Positions 44,169-54,359 are shown, numbered from the stretch's first letter. The stretch is 56,207 nucleotides of DNA from an uncultured Muribaculaceae bacterium (GCA_964525365.1 CAZGGW010000001.1:1-56207); one strand, 5' to 3'. Notes: generated by a model from the sequence alone, not told the origin. Translations and numbers: made by a program.

Positions 44169-45341
44169 ATGAAAGAAAGAAATATAATTAGCAAAATGGA
44201 TAAATTTCTTTTCGTTATAACAACAATATATTTTATTGCTGGTGCTTTTTTTGTGTTATCTGCTTCAAGCGTTGCAGCAGTAGTGAAATATAACGTTAAT
44301 CCATATTATTTTTTCTTAAGACAAATATTTTTTATAGTAGTGGGCTACATTGTTGGCTTTTTTGTTATTTTAAGAATTCCAACTTCCAGATATAAAAAAT
44401 ATATATATCCTGGTTTTCTTTTATTTGTTGGTATATTGATAGTGATATTAGGATATGGAGAAATAACTAATAGTGCTAAAAGTTGGATAACTATTGCTGG
44501 CGCGAGATTTCAACCAAGTGAATTTATAAAGTTGTTATTGATATTATATTTAGGTGTATTTTTAAACAAATATTATGAAAAACCTCATTCAAAATATTCT
44601 TTGTTAATACCCTTGATTGTTGTTTTTATAGTTTTCTTTTTGATTGCATCGCAGCCCGATTTAGGTACTGCTTCTGTTATAGCTTTTGTATCATTTTTTA
44701 TATTTTTGAGTTTACCAACGCAAAAAAATCCTTCTTTAAAAAAAATAAAAATTATTGGATTATTTAGTGTTATAGTTGTAGGACTAGTGGGGTATATATT
44801 TGGAAATAAGATATTAACTGATGCACAATTAGAAAGATTTACTTTTTCAAGTCCATGTTCTAGATATACCGAAAATACTGGATATCAAGTATGCAATGGT
44901 TTTATTGCAATTCATAATGGCGGATTATTTGGTTTGGGAATAGGGGAATCCACTCAAAAATATTTATATTTGCCAGAAGCTCATACTGATTTTATTTTTT
45001 CAATTATAGTTGAAGAATTGGGGATAATTGTAGGAATAATAATAATTATAGGTTATATTTTTATATTACTAAGACTGATAAAAATTTCAAAGGAATGCTA
45101 CAATATTAGAAATTCTATAATAGTATATGGAATCTTTTTATTAATTCTTGCACACTTATTTGTAAATTTAATGGGAGTACTTGCAATGATTCCACTTACT
45201 GGAATCCCACTGCCTTTCTTCAGTTATGGTGGAAGCTTTTTATTGACACTTATTGCATCACTGTTTATAGTACAAAGAATAAATATAGAAAATAAAATAA
45301 GTAGAAAAAATACTGAAATTAAAGCGATATCGGGGAGGTAA
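44169..45341 (+). CDS. SEDS-family peptidoglycan glycosyltransferase (FtsW/RodA/SpoVE)
   Basis: 390 aa with about 10 TMs. RFQPSEFIKLLLILYL, SQPDLGTA, LPEAHTDFIFSIIVEELG and IPLPFFSYGGS. Confidence 0.88.
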   Translation: MKERNIISKMDKFLFVITTIYFIAGAFFVLSASSVAAVVKYNVNPYYFFLRQIFFIVVGYIVGFFVILRIPTSRYKKYIYPGFLLFVGILIVILGYGEITNSAKSWITIAGARFQPSEFIKLLLILYLGVFLNKYYEKPHSKYSLLIPLIVVFIVFFLIASQPDLGTASVIAFVSFFIFLSLPTQKNPSLKKIKIIGLFSVIVVGLVGYIFGNKILTDAQLERFTFSSPCSRYTENTGYQVCNGFIAIHNGGLFGLGIGESTQKYLYLPEAHTDFIFSIIVEELGIIVGIIIIIGYIFILLRLIKISKECYNIRNSIIVYGIFLLILAHLFVNLMGVLAMIPLTGIPLPFFSYGGSFLLTLIASLFIVQRINIENKISRKNTEIKAISGR

Positions 45342-45344
45342 ATA

Positions 45345-45716
45345 ATGAATAATGATGTTTTTAAAATTAGTGCATTTGACTTGATGACTATTTCTTATTA
45401 CGTAAATCAATATTTAAAAAAGCATCCATATTGTAAGGATGAAATTATAAAATACTTTGAGATGAATGCAGTAGAATTATTAATTGAAATTAATGAAAAA
45501 TATCCGATATTGTCTAATTTTGTTAATTTTAAAATACCATATTCAAAAAACAAATATAAGTATGTGAAAAGTTTTATAGGAATAGATATAATAAATATGA
45601 AGGAAAGACAAAAAGTAGAAATATGTGAAAAAGTGGTAAATTATTCATTTAACGCTTTTTGTGATTATTTTGGCGTTGATAAAGAAGATCCTAAAGTTAA
45701 AAAATTAATTAAATAA
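45345..45716 (+). CDS. Hypothetical protein (123 aa)
   Basis: ORF starting 3 nt after the SEDS gene stop. No recognisable motif. Confidence 0.5.
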   Translation: MNNDVFKISAFDLMTISYYVNQYLKKHPYCKDEIIKYFEMNAVELLIEINEKYPILSNFVNFKIPYSKNKYKYVKSFIGIDIINMKERQKVEICEKVVNYSFNAFCDYFGVDKEDPKVKKLIK

Positions 45717-45790
45717 AAAGTGTTTTAATAAAAAAAAGACAATAATTATAGTAGGAGTAAGTACTATAATTTTTTTTATTAGGAGGAAAA

Positions 45791-46489
45791 ATGTTAGAAA
45801 AAATTAAGGATGTTATAAATAAAAACAAAAAAATTGGTCTGATGAGTTTAGCAATAATAATTATATTTGTTTTTATTTGTATCGTAATAAATAATAAATA
45901 TAAAAATAAAGAGCCGGAAAAAACAATTAGCAAAGATGTTGTCAGTATGACTGAGTCAAAAGATGAAATAGAATATTATACGGTTGATATAAAAGGTGAA
46001 ATAAATAATCCTGGTGTATATTTGGTAGCTAGTGGAAGTACTATAAATGAAGTAATAAGTATAAGTGGTGGTGTAACGAAGAATGCCAATACGCGATATA
46101 TCAATTTAGCAAAAAAAGTGAAAGATGAGATGACTATTATTGTGTATTCTAATAAAGAAGTTGAAGAATTATTAGAAGAAGAAATTGTCTATGAAACACC
46201 ATGTGTATGTGAAGAAATAATTAATGAAAGTTGCATAGTTGAGTATGATTCGTATTTTAATTCATATTATAGTAATAATTTAAAAAATGAGAGCAATTTA
46301 ATAAATATTAATACTGCTTCTAGTGAAGAACTACAAACTTTGAGCGGGATAGGAGAAGCTAAAGCACTAGCTATAATAAATTATAGAAAAGAAAATGGTG
46401 ATTTTATAAATATAGAAGATATAATGAACGTGAGTGGTATAAGTGAATCCACATATTCTAAAATTAAGAATTTTATTACTACAAAATAA
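45791..46489 (+). CDS. comEA: Competence protein ComEA (TM + SLBB + helix-hairpin-helix DNA receptor)
   Basis: N-terminal TM. SLBB-like VDIKGEINNPGVYLVASGSTINEVISISGG. C-terminal HhH INTASSEELQTLSGIGEAKALAIINYRKENGDFINIEDIMNVSGI. Confidence 0.88.
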   Translation: MLEKIKDVINKNKKIGLMSLAIIIIFVFICIVINNKYKNKEPEKTISKDVVSMTESKDEIEYYTVDIKGEINNPGVYLVASGSTINEVISISGGVTKNANTRYINLAKKVKDEMTIIVYSNKEVEELLEEEIVYETPCVCEEIINESCIVEYDSYFNSYYSNNLKNESNLININTASSEELQTLSGIGEAKALAIINYRKENGDFINIEDIMNVSGISESTYSKIKNFITTK

Positions 46490-48527
46490 ATTATACATAA
46501 TTCTATTTGTTTTGGCATCAGTCTTTTCTTTACTATATACGAATATAATAAATTTCAAATCTTTGTACAATATAAATGAAACAATCTTTACCTTAATAAT
46601 TACCGATTATAAGGTGGATGGTAATAAATTATCGTTAGAATTTGTTGGAAAAGAAAAAATAATTGGTAATTATTATTTTGATTCATTAAAAGAAAAAAAC
46701 AATTTTTTAAATACTTATAGTTTAGGTGATAAAGTAGTATTAGTTGGTACAATTGAAAAGGCAAGTGAGAATATGATTCCAAATACATTTAATTATAAAA
46801 AATATTTGTATTATAATAAGGTGTATTATTTGTTGACTATTAAAAGTTTTAATAAATTAAAAGATAATAATAATATTTTTTATAAAATAAAGCAATTTGT
46901 ATATAAAAGAATAGAATCTATAGAGAATAATAAATATATTTATACATTTGTAATAGGTGAAAAATCATTTATTGAGTCTGATGTTAATAATACATATAAA
47001 TCAAATGGTATATCACATTTATTTGCATTATCGGGATTACATGTTTCGTTATTATCAGTGATAATAATAAGTATATTAAAATTTATAAAAGTAAAAGAAT
47101 TAGAAAGATATATTATTACATTTATATTGTTATTATTATTTTGTTTTATATCTGGGTTTTCACCATCAATTTTAAGAGCTACTTTATTTTTCTTTTTATT
47201 AGGAATAAATAAAGTATATTATTTATATATCAAAAATAGTAATGTTTTATTAATTGTTTATTTTATATTGCTCTTAATTAATCCATTTATTATATATTCT
47301 CTTGGTTTTATTTTATCATTTACAATTACATATTTTATATTATTATTTTATGAAAATAAAGAACAAAAAAATTATATAAAAAGTCTTTTTTTAACTAGCA
47401 TAATATCATTTTTTAGTTCTTTTGGGATTATAATATATGAATTTTATGAAGTTAATATTATGTCAATATTTTTCAATATGTTTTTTGTACCATTAGTGTC
47501 ATTTGTAATTTATCCCGCCTCTCTTCTTACTTTTATTTTTCCAAAACTTTCTACTATATTTTTATTTTTAACAAATATAATGGAAAAAGCCTCAAAATTT
47601 TGTGGTAATATTAATTTTGGAACTATTATGTTCTCAAAAACTAGCTTTTTGTTTTTATTAATTTATTATGTAACATTATACATAATAATTAAATATAAAA
47701 AAGTTAAATTGTCTTTGATTTTGATTTGCTTGAGCAGTATTTATTATTTAAAACCATATTTAGATACTAAAACCTATTTATATTTTTTAAACGTAGGTCA
47801 AGGAGATGCGATTTTTATTAAAACACCCTACAACAAAAATAACATTGTTATTGATACTGGGGGGAAATCAAATTATAAAAGCGAAGACTGGGAAAAAAGA
47901 GTTAATACTTTTTCATTATCAAATACATTAACGACGTTCTATAAAAGCGTTGGTGCTAAAAAAATAGATTATATGTTTATTACACATGGTGATAATGATC
48001 ATATAGGATATGGACTGGAATTTTACAAATATATTAAAATTAATAATATTTTTATAAATAAAGGTCAAGTTAACTATAATGAATCTAAATTAAATTATAA
48101 AATAATTGATGAAAAAGAATATATAATGGATAATATTAATATTTATTCTTTAAACGACAAAATCTATGACAACGAAAATGATAATAGTATGATATTGTTA
48201 TTGGTTATTGAAAATTATAAAATTTTATTAATGGGAGATGCATCAAAAGAACAAGAAAAATATATAATAGAAAATTATAATTTAGGGCCAATCGATATAT
48301 TAAAGATAGGACATCATGGTAGTAAAACTAGTACAAGTGAAGAACTAATTAAAGATATATTACCAAAATATTCGGTAATATCAGTTGGATTAAATAACAA
48401 ATTTAATCATCCTAGTCTTGAAACAATTAATGTTTTAAAAAAATATAATTCTGTTATTTATAGAACAGATGAAGTTGGAAACATTATATTTGTAATTGAT
48501 AATAACACATTAAAGAACATTAAATAA
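46443..48527 (+). CDS. comEC: DNA internalisation competence protein ComEC/Rec2
   Basis: Competence domain (SNGISHLFALSGLHVS, GFSPSILRA) and a C-terminal MBL domain (LNVGQGDAIFIKTP, ITHGDNDHIG, KIGHHGSKTS). The start is uncertain: GTG 46443 overlaps comEA by 47 nt. Confidence 0.85.
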   Translation: MNPHILKLRILLLQNKLYIILFVLASVFSLLYTNIINFKSLYNINETIFTLIITDYKVDGNKLSLEFVGKEKIIGNYYFDSLKEKNNFLNTYSLGDKVVLVGTIEKASENMIPNTFNYKKYLYYNKVYYLLTIKSFNKLKDNNNIFYKIKQFVYKRIESIENNKYIYTFVIGEKSFIESDVNNTYKSNGISHLFALSGLHVSLLSVIIISILKFIKVKELERYIITFILLLLFCFISGFSPSILRATLFFFLLGINKVYYLYIKNSNVLLIVYFILLLINPFIIYSLGFILSFTITYFILLFYENKEQKNYIKSLFLTSIISFFSSFGIIIYEFYEVNIMSIFFNMFFVPLVSFVIYPASLLTFIFPKLSTIFLFLTNIMEKASKFCGNINFGTIMFSKTSFLFLLIYYVTLYIIIKYKKVKLSLILICLSSIYYLKPYLDTKTYLYFLNVGQGDAIFIKTPYNKNNIVIDTGGKSNYKSEDWEKRVNTFSLSNTLTTFYKSVGAKKIDYMFITHGDNDHIGYGLEFYKYIKINNIFINKGQVNYNESKLNYKIIDEKEYIMDNINIYSLNDKIYDNENDNSMILLLVIENYKILLMGDASKEQEKYIIENYNLGPIDILKIGHHGSKTSTSEELIKDILPKYSVISVGLNNKFNHPSLETINVLKKYNSVIYRTDEVGNIIFVIDNNTLKNIK

Positions 48528-48560
48528 GTAAGAAAAATAAAACCCACTCAACAGTAGGCT

Positions 48561-48668
48561 TTAAGATAAAATCATTGATATAACTCCGGTAAGAAGACCA
48601 ACGGTCATTAAAATTAATAAAGACCATACGGCAACTTTTCTCAAATTCTTTTTTGTTTTCTTTTTCAT
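48561..48668 (-). CDS. Small DUF4044-like membrane peptide (35 aa)
   Basis: Missing from the track. The reverse strand encodes MKKKTKKNLRKVAVWSLLILMTVGLLTGVISMILS, a basic head plus one TM, with GAGGAAG upstream. The family call is from memory. Confidence 0.4.
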   Translation of the reverse strand: MKKKTKKNLRKVAVWSLLILMTVGLLTGVISMILS

Positions 48669-48733
48669 AACTTCCTCATCATAATTATATAACATTATTA
48701 TCATAAAAAGCAAACAATTTAATATATTTTAAT

Positions 48734-49321
48734 ATGAAAAAATTTAAAAACAAAAAGATGTTATTAATACTATTACTTGTATTGGCATTGGGTTTGATTT
48801 CGGGATTTATATTTGCTTTTTTTATAGAAAAAACGGACATGCTTATTTTGAAAGAAAATATTGAGAATTATATAAACATTATTAATCAAAATTTTTCTTA
48901 TAAAGAAGCAATATTTAAAAGCATTTCTAATAATTTAGTATATTTGTTAGTGATATTAGTATGCACAATAGTTTTCATTTTGTTTCCTGTGGTAGTATTT
49001 CTATTATTTTATAAAGCTTTTTCAGTAGGTTTTTTAGTATCCATTTTAATATTCATGTATAAATTGAAAGGAATATATTATTTTTTCATTTTTATATTTC
49101 CGAGCGTAATAATAAATTTGTTTTTATGTTTACTAATTTCTCAAATATCTATTAAGGTAGCACGTCAAACTATTAAATCATTATATAAAAATGAAAACAT
49201 TAATATTAGAAATTTTTATAAAAAATATTTAACTACTTTTTTAATTTTTGTTGGCTTATTTGTGATAAATTCATTAATAGAAGTTTTTGTTGGAACTTTT
49301 TTAATAAGAACATTTATATAA
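48734..49321 (+). CDS. SpoIIM-like (DUF95 family) membrane protein
   Basis: 195 aa with 5-6 TMs. LFYKAFSVGFLVSILIFMYKLKGIYYFFIFIFPSVIINLF parallels the SpoIIM core (LFLKGVVIGFTVGFLV..GMKGFLLAFVSVLPQNLI, from memory). Confidence 0.55.
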   Translation: MKKFKNKKMLLILLLVLALGLISGFIFAFFIEKTDMLILKENIENYINIINQNFSYKEAIFKSISNNLVYLLVILVCTIVFILFPVVVFLLFYKAFSVGFLVSILIFMYKLKGIYYFFIFIFPSVIINLFLCLLISQISIKVARQTIKSLYKNENINIRNFYKKYLTTFLIFVGLFVINSLIEVFVGTFLIRTFI

Positions 49322-49357
49322 ATTTGATTATATGCTATAATTTTATTAGAGGTATTT

Positions 49358-50452
49358 ATGAAAGTTATAGTTGGTATGAGTGGTGGGGTAGATAGTGCTG
49401 TAGCGGCCTTACTTTTAAAAGAACAGGGTTTTGAAGTCGCAGGATTATTTATGAAAAACTGGGATTCAAATATAAATAATGATATAGAAGGAATAACAGA
49501 AGATATTTGTCCGCAGGAACAAGATTATTTAGATGCAAAAAAAGTTTGTGAGAAGTTAGAAATACCGCTTTATAGAGTGGATTTTATTAAGGAATATTGG
49601 GATAATGTGTTCAAGTATTTTTTGAATGAGTTAGAAAAAGGACGAACTCCCAATCCTGATATTATGTGTAATAAATATATAAAATTTGATTTATTTTTAA
49701 AAGAAGCACTTTCTTTAGGAGCAGATAAAATCGCAACGGGTCATTATGCTAGGATAGAAGGAACTAAACTTTTAAGGGCTAAAGATTTAAATAAAGATCA
49801 AACATATTTTTTGTCTCAAGTTCCTATTTCCAATTTTAAAGACATATTGTTTCCAATTGGAGATTTGACTAAGCCAGAAGTACGAAAAATTGCTACAGAA
49901 AATAATTTGGCTGTGGCAACTAAGAAGGACTCGACGGGTATTTGCTTCATTGGTGAAAGAAATTATCAAAAATTTGTTTCTAATTATTTAAAAGGAAAAA
50001 GTGGAGATATTGTCGATGTCGAAACAAATAAAGTGATTGGAAAACATAAAGGACTAATGTATTATACTATTGGTCAAAGAAAAAATGTTGGGCTTTCTGG
50101 AGATCAACAGAGGCATTATGTGTGTGGTAAAGATTCTAAAAATAATACATTATATGTAGCATTTGGCAATGATAATAAATATTTAAAAAGCAATGAAGCA
50201 ATTATAGAAGATATGAATTATATAAGTGGTTTAAGGCCTACTTTTGCTAGCTGCAAATTTAGATATAGAAGTAAAGATGTGAACATTCAAATTGAATACT
50301 TAGAAAATAATGAAATTAAAGTGTTGTATGAATCGGAAAAAGCTGTAACTCCTGGCCAAGCCTGCGTTATTTATTTGGGTGAAGAATGTATAGGAGGCGG
50401 AATTATTAAAGAAGTTAGAAACAATGGGGAAAAACTCTGGTATTTAAATTAA
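49358..50452 (+). CDS. mnmA: tRNA 2-thiouridine(34) synthase
   Basis: PP-loop VGMSGGVDSAVAA, with NPDIMCN, ATGHYAR, DQTYFL and STGICFIGE. Confidence 0.92.
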   Translation: MKVIVGMSGGVDSAVAALLLKEQGFEVAGLFMKNWDSNINNDIEGITEDICPQEQDYLDAKKVCEKLEIPLYRVDFIKEYWDNVFKYFLNELEKGRTPNPDIMCNKYIKFDLFLKEALSLGADKIATGHYARIEGTKLLRAKDLNKDQTYFLSQVPISNFKDILFPIGDLTKPEVRKIATENNLAVATKKDSTGICFIGERNYQKFVSNYLKGKSGDIVDVETNKVIGKHKGLMYYTIGQRKNVGLSGDQQRHYVCGKDSKNNTLYVAFGNDNKYLKSNEAIIEDMNYISGLRPTFASCKFRYRSKDVNIQIEYLENNEIKVLYESEKAVTPGQACVIYLGEECIGGGIIKEVRNNGEKLWYLN

Positions 50453-50507
50453 AATTTTCTTTTTTTTTCAAATGAAGTGCGTTATAATAAATATAGTAAA
50501 AGGGTAG

Positions 50508-51293
50508 TTGGATATGTTGGATAATATTGCGAACTTTATTTTATTTATAATATTACTATTTGTAGTAATTGTTATTATAGTAACTATATGTAGAGAAACT
50601 ATTATTTTTTTGTTACGATATTTTAAACATTTAAAAAACCAAACTACTGATTTTATAAACAATGCTTATACTAGTATTGAAGATTTGGTGACAGATCACG
50701 AATGGCTAGAAGATAAAAAAGAATTTAAGATAGATACATCGTCAAAGAAAGAAACAGAATTTTTTGTTGAATCCTTCAATAAAGTGAAAGGTGAGGAACT
50801 CGAAGAAAAAATAATTGAAATTTTAGAATCTATTAGTAATGATATATTCATAATAAAAAATTCGTTTGTTCCAAGAAATAATAATAAAACAAAAAAATAT
50901 GAAGTAGATATACTAGCAATTCATAAAAGTGGAGTTTATGTTATAGAATCAAAAAATTACGCTGGAATGTTGTATGGAACAGAAAAAAAATTGGTGTGGA
51001 AATGTTATTATACAGATGGAAGATTTTATACAACAACTAATCCAATAATTATGAATCAACGAAAAATAGATACCTTAGTAAAATTTTTTAACAATAAAAT
51101 ACCACGTAAACTATTTAAATCATATGTGGTGTTTGGTGATAAAGGAAAATTCAAAGTAAAAACAGTGAACAAAAGTACTAAAATGCTATTAGTAAATGAT
51201 TTAAAAAAGACAATAAAAAATGATATTAAAAATGAAGAACTAACTAATAAACAAATGAACTATATTTATGAAAAATTGACTGGTGAAAAATAA
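50508..51293 (+). CDS. NERD-domain protein with N-terminal TM anchor
   Basis: TM FILFIILLFVVIVIIVTI. NERD core YEVDILAIHKSGVYVIESKNYAG...VWK. The start is TTG 50508 or ATG 50514. Confidence 0.7.
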   Translation: MDMLDNIANFILFIILLFVVIVIIVTICRETIIFLLRYFKHLKNQTTDFINNAYTSIEDLVTDHEWLEDKKEFKIDTSSKKETEFFVESFNKVKGEELEEKIIEILESISNDIFIIKNSFVPRNNNKTKKYEVDILAIHKSGVYVIESKNYAGMLYGTEKKLVWKCYYTDGRFYTTTNPIIMNQRKIDTLVKFFNNKIPRKLFKSYVVFGDKGKFKVKTVNKSTKMLLVNDLKKTIKNDIKNEELTNKQMNYIYEKLTGEK

Positions 51294-51365
51294 CAAAAGG
51301 TTTTTTTGCTGTTAAGAAGTTATTTATAAGTGTTTTTAAATTTTAAAAAAATGTAAACTTTACGC

Positions 51366-51394
51366 TTGACAATGATATGTAAAGAGATTACAAT
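51366..51394 (+). promoter_or_regulatory. Near-consensus sigma-A promoter of the HTH gene
   Basis: TTGACA (51366-51371), 17 nt, then TACAAT (51389-51394). AGGAGAG RBS before ATG 51426. Confidence 0.7.
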
Positions 51395-51425
51395 AAACAT
51401 ATAGAGTAGGAGAGATATAAAAATT

Positions 51426-52199
51426 ATGAATTATTTAAACAATTTATTGCAAGAAATAGGAGTGTCAAAAGTCAAATTAGCAAAATATTTAGGAGTATCT
51501 AGACAAATGATATATAATTATTTAGATATGGAGTCGCTTGCAAAATGGCCAAAAGAAAAGAAATTATTATTATTTAAATTATTGGATATTAATGATGGCA
51601 ATGACTCCACATTAAAAAATATAAAAGTAACTGCCAATTATTTAGAAGCAGTAGAAACTAGGTTAAATCAAAACATTAGTAGTATTCCAACAACCGAAAC
51701 TTATTTTGATTTAAAAGATCTTAACCGAGATGAAAAAACCTTATTAAATGATTTGGTATTTTTAATAAAAGAAAAATTTAGTGAAGAAAAGAAAGATGAA
51801 ACTTTTTATTCATTTAAATATTTATATCATGTTTTACAATCTTTAGATAATGTTCCGGAAATAAAATATTTATTTGCGTATTTATCTAAAAAAACCGGAT
51901 TTACTGATCCGATGGAATTTAAATTTGATGAGAATAAACAATATATTTTAGAAAGTATTATATTTACCGCATTTACTTTATACAACAATGGGGGAGCAAC
52001 TAAGAGTAAACTGGTAGAATCTCACAATCGCTTTGTGCAAGAAATAGAAAATGAAAAAGAAGAAGCACTTAGTCGCACTCAGCAATTTAATGTTTTTAGA
52101 ATTCAAGCGTTAAAAGAATTGGGATATACTGAAATCACTAAGGAAAATGCATCTGATGTAATAAGTAAAATGGCAGAGATACAATCCAGAAAAATATAA
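51426..52199 (+). CDS. HTH-domain protein (257 aa) with unassigned C-terminal domain
   Basis: The N-terminus LLQEIGVSKVKLAKYLGVSRQMIYNYL is an XRE-like HTH. The remaining 200 aa or so are helical and unrecognised. Confidence 0.65.
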   Translation: MNYLNNLLQEIGVSKVKLAKYLGVSRQMIYNYLDMESLAKWPKEKKLLLFKLLDINDGNDSTLKNIKVTANYLEAVETRLNQNISSIPTTETYFDLKDLNRDEKTLLNDLVFLIKEKFSEEKKDETFYSFKYLYHVLQSLDNVPEIKYLFAYLSKKTGFTDPMEFKFDENKQYILESIIFTAFTLYNNGGATKSKLVESHNRFVQEIENEKEEALSRTQQFNVFRIQALKELGYTEITKENASDVISKMAEIQSRKI

Positions 52200-52252
52200 G
52201 TTTAAGCTCAATTATAACTTCCGATAATATATATTATGTTGAGTTCTATACA

Positions 52253-53005
52253 TTAAAACAAATAATAATTAATAAGTACAAGTACTACTCCACTGATTAA
52301 TCCTATATTCATGTACTTTTTTTTATTGTATTTAAGAACTTCAGGAAGCATTTTATTAATTGATAACGTTATCATAATACCAGATACAAATATTAATACA
52401 AAGCTTATTAATATATCATTAATATAGTTCATTATAAATATATAACATAATATTGCTCCTAACAATTCGGATAACCCTGATATAAGAGTGTACCCTACGC
52501 TTTTCAATTTATTAGAAGTAGAGTAATATATTGGAACCGCTATACTAATTCCTTCAGGAATATTGTGTAACATTATAGCTATACCTAAACTAATACCAAG
52601 TTTAATATCATATACAGATGTCATGAAGGTAGCAATACCTTCGGGAAAATTATGTATCATTAGGGCAATCATTGATAAGAGCCCCACTCTATATAAATTT
52701 GAGTTGGTAGAGTGCTTTTTAATACTTTTTTCCATTAAATTTATTATTAATACCCCAATAAAAAATACTATTAAAATATATAATATACCGTTGAATCCAA
52801 AATTATTAATGATTATTTTGGAAGAATTTGGTAACAATTCAACAATAGACATAGTAAACATAACACTAAGAGAAAAACTTAAACAAAAAGTAATAAATTC
52901 ATCTACCTTTTTTATTTTAACAAATATTAAAAGACTTCCTAAGACCGTAGAAAGCGCAGCAAACGTAGTAATTAAAACAGGACCAATTATTTCCATAAAT
53001 ATCAT
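52253..53005 (-). CDS. zupT: ZIP-family zinc transporter
   Basis: 250 aa with 8 TMs. HNFPEGIATF and HNIPEGISIAVP are the ZIP metal-binding motifs. Confidence 0.85.
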   Translation of the reverse strand: MIFMEIIGPVLITTFAALSTVLGSLLIFVKIKKVDEFITFCLSFSLSVMFTMSIVELLPNSSKIIINNFGFNGILYILIVFFIGVLIINLMEKSIKKHSTNSNLYRVGLLSMIALMIHNFPEGIATFMTSVYDIKLGISLGIAIMLHNIPEGISIAVPIYYSTSNKLKSVGYTLISGLSELLGAILCYIFIMNYINDILISFVLIFVSGIMITLSINKMLPEVLKYNKKKYMNIGLISGVVLVLINYYLF

Positions 53006-53066
53006 TTAATTATATACATTTTTTTTAATTTTAAAACCACAATATTAATAGGTGGTGATTAAAGTT

Positions 53067-53189
53067 ATGGCACAATCAAAGGCAAGAAAGAATTCTAGAT
53101 GTAAAAATACTAACAATTGTACAAGTTCTTCAAGAAGTAGAAGCAAAAGTAGAAATACTAATACCAAAAACTCTAGAAGCCGTAAATAA
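53067..53189 (+). CDS. Putative 40-aa Arg/Ser/Asn-rich basic peptide
   Basis: Missing from the track: MAQSKARKNSRCKNTNNCTSSSRSRSKSRNTNTKNSRSRK. GGTGGTGA RBS 7 nt upstream. A strong hairpin follows at 53194-53220. Confidence 0.35.
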   Translation: MAQSKARKNSRCKNTNNCTSSSRSRSKSRNTNTKNSRSRK

Positions 53190-53193
53190 TATT

Positions 53194-53220
53194 AAAAGAT
53201 ATGGTTATTCCATATCTTTT
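53194..53220. terminator. Hairpin at the convergent ends of the small basic ORF and deoB
   Basis: Perfect 11-bp stem AAAAGATATGG / CCATATCTTTT with loop TTATT. The deoB stop codon lies in the loop. Confidence 0.5.
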
Positions 53221-54359
53221 AATATACTTTCACCTATTTCAAATTCGTTATTGAGTTTAAAATTGTCTAATATTGTTGCTCCAATATCTGCTAAAGTGTT
53301 TCTTTCTTTCAACAATCCAGTATTTTTCAAGCTTGGACTATACATAATAATTGGTAATTTTTCTCTAGTATGATCAGTTCCTTTAAAAGTAGGATCATTG
53401 CCATGATCTGCTGTTATTAAAAGTAAATCCTCTTTTTTAATATTCTTTAAGAGAATTGGTAAATAAAAGTTAAATTCTTCAAGACTTCTTAAATAATTAT
53501 CTTTATCTCTCCTATGACCGTATAATGAATCAAAGTCATTCAAATTGGCAAAACATAATCCTTTAAAATTACTTTTAGATATATCTACTAATTTCATCAT
53601 TCCATCCAAGTTATTTCTTGTTTTAAGTGAAACAGATAATCCTCTTTCATTAAACATATCCCCTATTTTTCCAATAGAAATTGTTTTAATACTATTTTTA
53701 TCAAGAATATCTAATACGTTTTTCGGCGGATCTATAACAAAATCTTTTCTATCAGCTGTACGATTATAGTTACCATTTTTTCCATTAAAAGGACGAGCAA
53801 TTACTCTACCAATGTTATATTCTGGCTTACTTACTATTTCTCTTATTTTTTTACAAATATCATATAATTCGCTAACTGATATAAAGTTTTCATGAGCGGC
53901 AACTTGCAATACGGAATCAGCTGATGTATAAATTATAATTGCTTTTGTTTTTTCGTGCATTTGACCGAGTTCGTTAATTATCTCACTTCCAGAAGATGCT
54001 ACGTTACCTATTACTTCTTTACCGGTAACATGTTGAATTTCGCTAATCAATTCAAGAGGAAATCCATTTGGAAATGTATTAAATGATTTATGAAGTTTAA
54101 TCCCCATCATTTCATAATGACCACTTAGTGAGTCTTTTCCTGTATTTATTGGATTACATTTCATATAATAAGCATGTGTTTTATTTTCTTTTCTCACTAA
54201 ATTTAGTAAGCCTAATTTTTCAAGTATATTTAAATCATAATTTTTATCTTTAATAATATGGCCTAACGTATTAGAACCTATATCATTATATTCAGCAGCA
54301 TCGTTTGCCTCCCCTATTCCCAAACTATCTAAAACAATTACAAATATTCTATTAAACAT
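53205..54359 (-). CDS. deoB: Phosphopentomutase
   Basis: MFNRIFVIVLDSLGIGEANDAAEYNDIGSNTLGHI, DFDSLYGHRRD and ITADHGNDPT. 384 aa. Confidence 0.92.
   Translation of the reverse strand: MFNRIFVIVLDSLGIGEANDAAEYNDIGSNTLGHIIKDKNYDLNILEKLGLLNLVRKENKTHAYYMKCNPINTGKDSLSGHYEMMGIKLHKSFNTFPNGFPLELISEIQHVTGKEVIGNVASSGSEIINELGQMHEKTKAIIIYTSADSVLQVAAHENFISVSELYDICKKIREIVSKPEYNIGRVIARPFNGKNGNYNRTADRKDFVIDPPKNVLDILDKNSIKTISIGKIGDMFNERGLSVSLKTRNNLDGMMKLVDISKSNFKGLCFANLNDFDSLYGHRRDKDNYLRSLEEFNFYLPILLKNIKKEDLLLITADHGNDPTFKGTDHTREKLPIIMYSPSLKNTGLLKERNTLADIGATILDNFKLNNEFEIGESILKDME

Noticed and set aside
46367-46788. Minus-strand ORFs overlapping the comEA end and comEC start
   Set aside because: Antisense to conserved competence genes.
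52563-53009. 148-aa plus-strand ORF
   Set aside because: It lies entirely antisense to the ZIP transporter, whose HNxPEG motifs identify the real frame.
53545-53769. 74-aa plus-strand ORF
   Set aside because: Antisense to deoB.
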